Positions 9,492 to 15,804 of a stretch of DNA of 32,000 nucleotides are shown piece by piece. Every line of letters starts with the position of its first letter. The first letter of the stretch is position 1. The position numbers and the translations under genes were made by a program. Under the pieces are notes generated by a model. The model did not search any database. It saw only the letters and a program-made list of their open reading frames with translations, and was not told the origin of the DNA. The DNA is from an archaeon (GTDB taxonomy: Archaea; Iainarchaeota; Iainarchaeia; Iainarchaeales; CSSED10-239): NCBI GenBank assembly GCA_035400625.1, contig DAOMZT010000002.1, positions 30,001 through 62,000 on the forward strand, given 5' to 3'.

Positions 9492-10271
9492 ATGGATATT
9501 AAAAAAATAAAGAGAAGAGAACGTAGATTTTATAGGAAAATTGTAGATGGTAAAATAGTTTATAGTGATATACCTATAACTAAACCTAAAAAAGAAACAA
9601 AAGATGTAATTATTGAAAAAAAAGAAACAAAAATAAAAGTAACAAGAGAAATACCTGAAAAAACATTAAAATCTATAAAAGATAATAAGAAATTGAGTGC
9701 TACAGAAAAGCAACAAATTATAGATAAAATACTTATAGAATTAAAAAATGCAATAAATCCAGATATTGACGAAATTGCTGAAATGATTTATGCTCAATTA
9801 TCTGTAAGAGATGTCAATGTTACTCAAGAAAGCGTAAAACATGTTGTTCAAAATAATGCACACCATAGGAGTTCTAGAAAAAAAACTAAGAAAAACACAT
9901 CTTCACAAGATACAGACAAAACTAAAGAAAATTATGATTTCTTAAATGACAGAAAAGAACTAGAAAAAGTATTAGATGATGTTGTTGAAGAAAATAAAAA
10001 AGAAGACATTAGAGCAAAAACTAGAAAAGATAAATTAATTCAAAAAGTAATTCAAAAAGCAAAAGACAATCAAAAAGCAAAAGACAAGAAAAAAAAAGAA
10101 ACTATAAAAAAAACAGAAGAAGTAACAATTAAAAAAACAGAAGAAATCTCAAAAGAAAAACCCATAAAGAAGAAAGAGCCACCAAAACCTAAAAAAGAAG
10201 AATTTAAACTAGATTTTGGAGATATTGAAATAGATGAGACAGATACTGATGAATTGGGATTGAAGTTTTAA
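9492..10271 (+). CDS. Lys/Glu-rich highly charged protein, unknown function
   Basis: GAGG lies about 9 nt upstream of the ATG at 9492; the ORF-track start at 9465 is an alternative. Short tandem coding repeats: CAAAAAGCAAAAGACAA at 10053-10069 and 10071-10087, and KKTEEVTIKKTEEIS. Confidence 0.5.
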   Translation: MDIKKIKRRERRFYRKIVDGKIVYSDIPITKPKKETKDVIIEKKETKIKVTREIPEKTLKSIKDNKKLSATEKQQIIDKILIELKNAINPDIDEIAEMIYAQLSVRDVNVTQESVKHVVQNNAHHRSSRKKTKKNTSSQDTDKTKENYDFLNDRKELEKVLDDVVEENKKEDIRAKTRKDKLIQKVIQKAKDNQKAKDKKKKETIKKTEEVTIKKTEEISKEKPIKKKEPPKPKKEEFKLDFGDIEIDETDTDELGLKF

Positions 10272-11123
10272 TTAAGTTTGGTTGTTTTCTATTCCATTTA
10301 GAGAAGTAGAAGCAACTACTTCTTTACAATTTAATTTGATTAATGATTCACTATTTATATCAACAGTTGCAGGCCACATTGCAAAAGTAGAAGTAATAAC
10401 AATGTCTTCCTCTATACTCAATTCCTCATATGTGCTTTTATTGTGTGTAAAGGCTAATGGAATTGAAGAAGAGAAGATTTTTGAAGATTTAGAAACAACA
10501 GATCTTACATCTTCATAGCTTTCAGGAGCACAAAGATAATAATGATAAGGATTCTCTGCTAACCTATAATCTTTAACGCCTCTAACAGCATCTACCCTGC
10601 TTTGTCTATCAGTGTTTGATCCTTCTTGTTCTTGTATTACAAACTCTGTATTTTTTATTGTGAAATATACAAATCCTTCAGGAGATTTGTTTCTATAAAG
10701 ATAAAATAAATAATCTTGCGATTCTAATGGACGCATTGTTGCTTTAATTGTATGGAACAAATTGTATTTTGCAATATCTAAATAATTATCTGCATCTAAA
10801 TCATTCATATCTGAAAAACCAAGTTTTCCATGTGCATAATAGTCTTGTTTTACAAGAGCCATCAAATAATCGTTTTGTTTAGTTTTTTCCAAATTTAAAT
10901 CAAAATCTAAAGGCGCAGAAACATAAAAAATGGTTTTAAGAACAGAGTTTGTGTATTCTTTATAATATAGATCAGAACTTGCTTGTTCTATTCTGCTTCC
11001 ATATGTAGAAGAATACCTAAACATCAATACTGAAAGAGTTACAATTATAACTAAGAAAAATAAAGCATCTGTTATTGCTGCTTGACCTTTTCTTGTTTTT
11101 ATTCTTGTTATTTTCATTATCAT
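10272..11123 (-). CDS. class III signal-peptide (type IV pilin-like) protein, 283 aa, last gene of the pilus-like operon
   Basis: N-terminus MIMKITRIKTRKG-QAAITDALFFLVIIVTLSVLMF has a basic region, a [KR]G site and a hydrophobic helix. The start abuts the stop of the upstream gene (11123/11124). Confidence 0.6.
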   Translation of the reverse strand: MIMKITRIKTRKGQAAITDALFFLVIIVTLSVLMFRYSSTYGSRIEQASSDLYYKEYTNSVLKTIFYVSAPLDFDLNLEKTKQNDYLMALVKQDYYAHGKLGFSDMNDLDADNYLDIAKYNLFHTIKATMRPLESQDYLFYLYRNKSPEGFVYFTIKNTEFVIQEQEGSNTDRQSRVDAVRGVKDYRLAENPYHYYLCAPESYEDVRSVVSKSSKIFSSSIPLAFTHNKSTYEELSIEEDIVITSTFAMWPATVDINSESLIKLNCKEVVASTSLNGIENNQT

Positions 11124-11636
11124 CTATTTCCAAACTAAAATATATAACCATGCGGGCTCTACATAAAATTGTTGCTGAACAGTAATTGGGTATTTATAGA
11201 CAGTAACATCTTTTGTTAGTAGTGCATTTTTTAATTCTTCTAATCCCTCTGAATTACATATTAGTTTTCTAGGGTTGGTTCCGGTTTCTGCCCAATGTTT
11301 CATAATGTTTTCATCATCTAAATCTCCAACTGTTAATCCTTTATAATTATGACTATTTAGATCTAATGGAGTTACAAAAGCGTTCCAATTGTATTTTGTT
11401 TTTACTCTTTGACAGGTTTTTATAAATTGATTTTGATCTGAGATAATTGGGTTTTCTTTAATTATTCCTGAAATATTAATGGCATCGTTTCTTAAGGAAT
11501 AAAGGTCTGTGTTATTTCTGTAAACATTATATGTGTTTAAGAAAACAGCAAAGAAGATAGTTAGACCTACAAATATAGGTATTAAACTTGGGAGATCATC
11601 TCCAATTGCACCAATATATCCTTTTTTATTTTTCAT
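11124..11636 (-). CDS. class III signal-peptide-like (pilin-like) protein, 170 aa
   Basis: MKNKKG-YIGAIGDDLPSLIPIFVGLTIFFAVFL. 4-nt overlap with the upstream gene (11633-11636). Confidence 0.5.
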   Translation of the reverse strand: MKNKKGYIGAIGDDLPSLIPIFVGLTIFFAVFLNTYNVYRNNTDLYSLRNDAINISGIIKENPIISDQNQFIKTCQRVKTKYNWNAFVTPLDLNSHNYKGLTVGDLDDENIMKHWAETGTNPRKLICNSEGLEELKNALLTKDVTVYKYPITVQQQFYVEPAWLYILVWK

Positions 11637-12349
11637 GTCGTACCCTGTGTACTATTATTTGATGTTGATGTTGTAGCAGAATCTGTATAGTTTACTAAAT
11701 CATGAACAATATTCAAACAAGGAATTAATGTTTTTAAAGGGACCTGATCAGTTGATCCTGTTTCGTTTAAAAAATTTCTGCAAGTATATATGCCTTTTTT
11801 TTCAAGACAAGGGATTAAGAAAACTAAAGGTTTTCCATTTGAGATAATCTTTGCAAAAAGTATTTGTGAATCTATTGAATCTCTTCTAGAAGGATCAAAA
11901 TTAACTGAATAATTTGTTGCAGGCTTTATTTCACAATCTGGAAAATTAGCACAGCCTTCTGATTCATATAAAGCAATTGAGCCATTGTAATCTATATCGT
12001 AGGCAGCATAGATTTTTGGTTTTTCTTTTCTGTCCATTACAGTAAGCACTAATTTTTTTGCATCGCCACCTAGAGAATACGAAGAAACATTTAGTTTATA
12101 TCTCATATTGAAAGCATCAGAAGTGCCAGAATTTGTTTGTATTGTCTTTGGTATTGTTATGAATTTTACTGTACAATAGCTTTCGTTTTCTATTCCGGTC
12201 TTTATTTCTTTTCCTACTTTATAAACAAGTTCATAGCTTTGTCTTGTTTTCAGACTAGAATTAAATGTGCCAATAAAGAAAATTACTATTGCTGCAATTG
12301 CTGTAACAAAAATTAATAAATTTAATTTTGATAAAGAAAATTCAATCAT
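11633..12349 (-). CDS. N-terminally anchored extracytoplasmic protein of the pilus-like operon (no clear class III cleavage motif), 238 aa
   Basis: MIEFSLSKLNLLIFVTAIAAIVIFFIG helix, then a Cys-containing globular part and a Ser/Thr-rich tail. 2-nt gap to the upstream gene. Confidence 0.4.
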   Translation of the reverse strand: MIEFSLSKLNLLIFVTAIAAIVIFFIGTFNSSLKTRQSYELVYKVGKEIKTGIENESYCTVKFITIPKTIQTNSGTSDAFNMRYKLNVSSYSLGGDAKKLVLTVMDRKEKPKIYAAYDIDYNGSIALYESEGCANFPDCEIKPATNYSVNFDPSRRDSIDSQILFAKIISNGKPLVFLIPCLEKKGIYTCRNFLNETGSTDQVPLKTLIPCLNIVHDLVNYTDSATTSTSNNSTQGTT

Positions 12350-12351
12350 TT

Positions 12352-12951
12352 TTAATCAATCTTTTTTAAAAAACACAATTGTCTTGCAGAATCTGTTCCT
12401 ACTTGGCTTCTCATAAATATTCTATAATGTCCACTAGTTAATATAGCGTTTGGGTTATTGCCTCCAAAATTTAAAGCATCCCATTCCTCATCATTATATT
12501 CATTACCACAGTCTCCTAAATTAGCATAATTTATAGCGGTAGGGAGATTAAGACACATTGGAGCTATTGGTCGCTTTGTTGTTTTTTTATCTTCATAGAC
12601 ATATTCCATTAAGGTGCAAGTATCTCCTGCATTACAATAGGAATTACAAAGTGTTTCGTTATGATAGGTCTTTAAGGTAATTTTTTCAAACCTCTCGTTA
12701 AAGCAAGGCTGTATATCAAATTTTACATTTTTTTCTGCAAGTTCTGAACCCATAATAATATCTTCAATTACTCCTTTCATTTCGCTCATGCTTTGTCGTT
12801 TATTACCAATACACACACTTTGGTTAAGATTTATTAATGCCCAGGTACCTGCCATAATTACAAAGCCCATAAGAATGACAGCTACAAGAACTTCAAAAGG
12901 TGCGCTTGCTTGAGCCTTATTACTTCTAATCAAAGATATATTTTTATTCAT
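12352..12951 (-). CDS. Cys-rich class III signal-peptide (pilin-like) protein, 199 aa
   Basis: MNKNISLIRSNKA-QASAPFEVLVAVILMGFVIMAG. Eight cysteines in the predicted external domain. Confidence 0.6.
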   Translation of the reverse strand: MNKNISLIRSNKAQASAPFEVLVAVILMGFVIMAGTWALINLNQSVCIGNKRQSMSEMKGVIEDIIMGSELAEKNVKFDIQPCFNERFEKITLKTYHNETLCNSYCNAGDTCTLMEYVYEDKKTTKRPIAPMCLNLPTAINYANLGDCGNEYNDEEWDALNFGGNNPNAILTSGHYRIFMRSQVGTDSARQLCFLKKID

Positions 12952-12991
12952 CTTAGAAATAGATATAGAAAAAGAATTTAAAAAGCTTTGT

Positions 12992-13222
12992 TTATTTTGT
13001 TGCAGGAGGGGAATTGACTGTTGGTGTAGAAGAGGTTCCTTGGTTTGGCAAATCTGCTACATTAACTGAAGTTTTCATACTGCTATTAAACATAGGTTTA
13101 ATGACAGCAATTAGGACAAGAGCAACTATAGCTATGATAATAAGCATATAGAGGGTTGAAGCACCATCTCCCTGTGCCCTTTTATCAAGCCATAATCTCT
13201 TAAGCTCTTGTTTAAAGTTCAT
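12992..13222 (-). CDS. small class III signal-peptide protein (PF04021-like short pilin), 76 aa
   Basis: LDKRA-QGDGASTLYMLIIIAIVALVLIAVI followed by a short Ser/Thr/Pro tail. Its size and layout match the small archaeal class III signal peptide family as I recall it. Confidence 0.6.
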   Translation of the reverse strand: MNFKQELKRLWLDKRAQGDGASTLYMLIIIAIVALVLIAVIKPMFNSSMKTSVNVADLPNQGTSSTPTVNSPPATK

Positions 13223-13232
13223 TTATATCACT

Positions 13233-13796
13233 TTATGCTGTTTTCTTTGGATAAATTACACAACCTGTTTCTCCACTTTCAGGAAAACCATTTCTTCCAT
13301 CAGTAGGTTGGCTTGGCCACTCTGCATCTGAAAGAGAAGTATTTGAACTTCCCATTAATTCATTAGCTTTAATTGCTTCATCCAATCCAGCTTTTCCATT
13401 ACTGGAACACAAAACACAAAGAACTACTCTTTTAGAAGATGTTCCTGTATATTTTAAGATTGCTTTTGCATTGCCTGTAGCATTAAAATTGCTTATGTTA
13501 TCTATTTCATTTGTAAAGAAAACTTGTTCAGGATCTAATCCTGTGTCTTTAGTTACTCCTTCTGCAGCAAGGGTGTTGGCCTTTTTAAATGTTACAGCAT
13601 CAGTACAATCTACTGAACCTGGATTTTGCATTTGGGTTTTTAATTTTTGTGTTGCTGCTGTTTTTGCATCCCCAGAAACCGTATTTATTCCGCCTATAAC
13701 AGAAATCAAAACACCAAGTATTGCAAGCGCAACAATTGCAGCAATAAGCAACTGGAATGTTGAAGATGCTTGTCCTTTCTTTGTTAATTTAAACAT
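13233..13796 (-). CDS. type IV pilin-like protein, candidate major subunit, 187 aa
   Basis: MFKLTKKG-QASSTFQLLIAAIVALAILGVLISVI. AAGGTGA lies about 10 nt upstream of the ATG, and an AT-box sits in the 90-nt upstream gap. Paralogous to the C-terminal domain of 13887-14654. Confidence 0.7.
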   Translation of the reverse strand: MFKLTKKGQASSTFQLLIAAIVALAILGVLISVIGGINTVSGDAKTAATQKLKTQMQNPGSVDCTDAVTFKKANTLAAEGVTKDTGLDPEQVFFTNEIDNISNFNATGNAKAILKYTGTSSKRVVLCVLCSSNGKAGLDEAIKANELMGSSNTSLSDAEWPSQPTDGRNGFPESGETGCVIYPKKTA

Positions 13797-13886
13797 GATT
13801 TATTTTCACCTTTTTTCTTTTTTTATAAAATATAAATATATTAATGAAATAATATTAACAAAATCTTTTTAAAGCTTGTTATGTAT
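13797..13886 (-). promoter_or_regulatory. candidate internal promoter and RBS for the major pilin gene
   Basis: This is the largest gap in the operon (90 nt). Read on the minus strand it contains ATATATTTATATTTTATAAAAAAAG (TATA-like), followed by AAGGTGA and then the ATG. Confidence 0.35.
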
Positions 13887-14654
13887 TTAGTTTGTACTTG
13901 TTTTTCTAGGATAAACTGCACAAAGGATTTTTTCATCTGTTGTTGAATTTATTGTGGTGTTTATGTCATGTGCCTGAAGAGCTTTTTCTAACCCTGTTTT
14001 GCCATTATCGCAAAGAACACACATCATTACTCTCTTTGAGCTACTCGCTCCATATTTTAAAATATTGTCTTTTGTATCAAAATTAGGTATATTTTCTGGA
14101 TTAATAAAATAAACTTGTTCTGGGCCTAAACCTGTAGTTATGGTTATGCCTTCTTCTATAAGTGTAGATCTAGATTTTGTAAATAGAATAGGATCCGTAC
14201 AGCCCTCTGCACCTAGATTGTTAATTTGATCTTTTATAAGCATTCTTGTGGCCTTTGTAGGGGTGCTTCTACAAGCTATTACAGTCATCATATTTGTAAT
14301 TATTATTGCTAAAATAATTGAGATTACTAATTTTGCAATAAAATTAAATTTATAGTTTCTAATTTTTTTAAAAAATAAACCAACTACCCAAAATAATAAA
14401 TAAAAGACAATATATGATACTGCAAAAATAAATGTTGCAGTAAAAATAAAATTAATTACGTGATTGTTAAAAACACCAGCAATAGGAAACAAAAAAACAG
14501 TTATAACATATAATACAGATACAAATAAACTACCAATTAAAAAAGAACTATCTAGTTTTTTATAAAAATCTGTATTGTGTTTTGTAGATACATTTTCTTT
14601 TTCTAATACAGAATCAATATATTCTTGATCTTCTTTTTTTTTGATATTTTCCAT
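13887..14654 (-). CDS. pilin-domain paralogue fused to an N-terminal polytopic membrane extension, 255 aa
   Basis: The C-terminal 130 aa align with 13233-13796 (CTD..F.K....EG.T..TGL.PEQV.F.N...I.NF......ILKY...SSKRV..CVLC..GK.GL..A......C..YP.KT). The N-terminal 125 aa contain 3-4 hydrophobic helices and no [KR]G-Q site. Confidence 0.55.
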   Translation of the reverse strand: MENIKKKEDQEYIDSVLEKENVSTKHNTDFYKKLDSSFLIGSLFVSVLYVITVFLFPIAGVFNNHVINFIFTATFIFAVSYIVFYLLFWVVGLFFKKIRNYKFNFIAKLVISIILAIIITNMMTVIACRSTPTKATRMLIKDQINNLGAEGCTDPILFTKSRSTLIEEGITITTGLGPEQVYFINPENIPNFDTKDNILKYGASSSKRVMMCVLCDNGKTGLEKALQAHDINTTINSTTDEKILCAVYPRKTSTN

Positions 14655-14698
14655 TTATGAAAACCCTCATAAACTATATAATTTTTCTTAATTTGAAA

Positions 14699-15205
14699 CT
14701 ATATTATAGCATGAGCTAAATTAAATATATAGACTAATATTGATGGCAACACAGCCATTAAAAGAACATCCCAGCCATTTAATTTATCTGGAGTGCTTTT
14801 ATAATCGTCCCAAAGATATCTGTGTTGCTTTGTGTGTTTCTTTATGTGTAATAGATACCATAATATGCCAAAGATTAAAACAGTAACAACCCAAACAACA
14901 CTAAAAGCCACAGTTTTATTTATCTGTAATAAAAATTTACCAAAAAACAACCATAAAAGACTAATTATACCATATGTTGCAGCCATAGAAAACACTGACT
15001 TAAAGATAAGCTTTGCTGTATTACTTTTAAACAAACTTACAAGATTATTAAATAACCAGATGATTACAAACAACAAAGTCATCAAAACTAATAATACAAA
15101 TATAATTGTCAAGATAAAGGTTCCAACAACAAAGCCAAGTATAAGTATAATGATTGCTAAAAAAATAAATAAAATTTTAGTGAAGATGTTCATATGTTTT
15201 TTCAC
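14699..15205 (-). CDS. polytopic membrane protein (4-5 TM), unknown role in the pilus-like operon
   Basis: Almost entirely hydrophobic helices. Same strand as, and flanked by, operon genes. An overlapping plus-strand ORF (14832-15221) looks like a shadow ORF. Confidence 0.45.
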   Translation of the reverse strand: MKKHMNIFTKILFIFLAIIILILGFVVGTFILTIIFVLLVLMTLLFVIIWLFNNLVSLFKSNTAKLIFKSVFSMAATYGIISLLWLFFGKFLLQINKTVAFSVVWVVTVLIFGILWYLLHIKKHTKQHRYLWDDYKSTPDKLNGWDVLLMAVLPSILVYIFNLAHAII

Positions 15206-15261
15206 ATTTTCATGTATTTAATTACTATATTAATAGTTGGAATTGTTTATAAACATTAATC

Positions 15262-15804
15262 TTATGGATTGGAAGTGTAAAGACCCTCTGGTGGTTTAAT
15301 ATTAAAGAAAAACACACAATATGTTGGACAAACACTTGTATCTTGAGTAAGCTGGCTTTGTGTGGTAGAATCTAATTCATCTAGTAGTGATCCTTCCCCA
15401 GATGGCATAAAATTACAATATGCCCAAACATTCATTTTCAGATGCCTTGTTTTTATTCTTAAAACATTATAGTCGTTTACTGAAAAAAGCTTTGGGCCAG
15501 CAACAAAAGCCATGCATTCTTCTGGCAAACCTGTATAATTTGTAATTGTTGTCTTTGAAATATTCCCTTTAAGCATTAAGTCCTCAATAACAAAAGGAGT
15601 TTTCGCGCTTGTCCCTGTGCTTTTAACGGCAGAGATAAGACCTTCTTTTAGTTTCTGGTTGCTTACTATTATTAATTGATTTTGGGTGCTATTAATCATA
15701 TTCATAATAATAACAAGAATTGCTGCACCAAGAATAAACCCGATAAGTAGCCTATAGGCTTCAGAAGCTGAATCATCTCCTTTTTGATTTAATTTTAAAT
15801 TCAT
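15262..15804 (-). CDS. class III signal-peptide (pilin-like) protein, distant paralogue of the 13233 and 13887 pilin domains, 180 aa
   Basis: MNLKLNQKG-DDSASEAYRLLIGFILGAAILVII. Shares NQKLK and TGLPEEC.AF with the TQKLK and TGLDPEQVFF of the major pilin candidate. ATGA start/stop overlap with the platform gene. Confidence 0.55.
   Translation of the reverse strand: MNLKLNQKGDDSASEAYRLLIGFILGAAILVIIMNMINSTQNQLIIVSNQKLKEGLISAVKSTGTSAKTPFVIEDLMLKGNISKTTITNYTGLPEECMAFVAGPKLFSVNDYNVLRIKTRHLKMNVWAYCNFMPSGEGSLLDELDSTTQSQLTQDTSVCPTYCVFFFNIKPPEGLYTSNP

Noticed and set aside
10265-10278. Convergent genes 9492-10271 (+) and 10272-11123 (-) end back to back in the palindrome TTAATTAA, with zero intergenic space.
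   Set aside because: It is real in the sequence, but most simply explained by genome compaction in AT-rich DNA (TAA stops on both strands). No hairpin or regulatory function needs to be invoked.
14699-15205. The 168-aa polytopic protein in the pilus-like operon might be the missing prepilin peptidase (NGWDVLLMAVL vaguely resembles the GxGD(V/A)K motif of A24 peptidases).
   Set aside because: It is too short. Both candidate Asp residues lie within 20 residues of each other near the C-terminus, rather than in two separate TM-proximal positions. No first catalytic Asp context is present. It is kept only as an unknown membrane protein.
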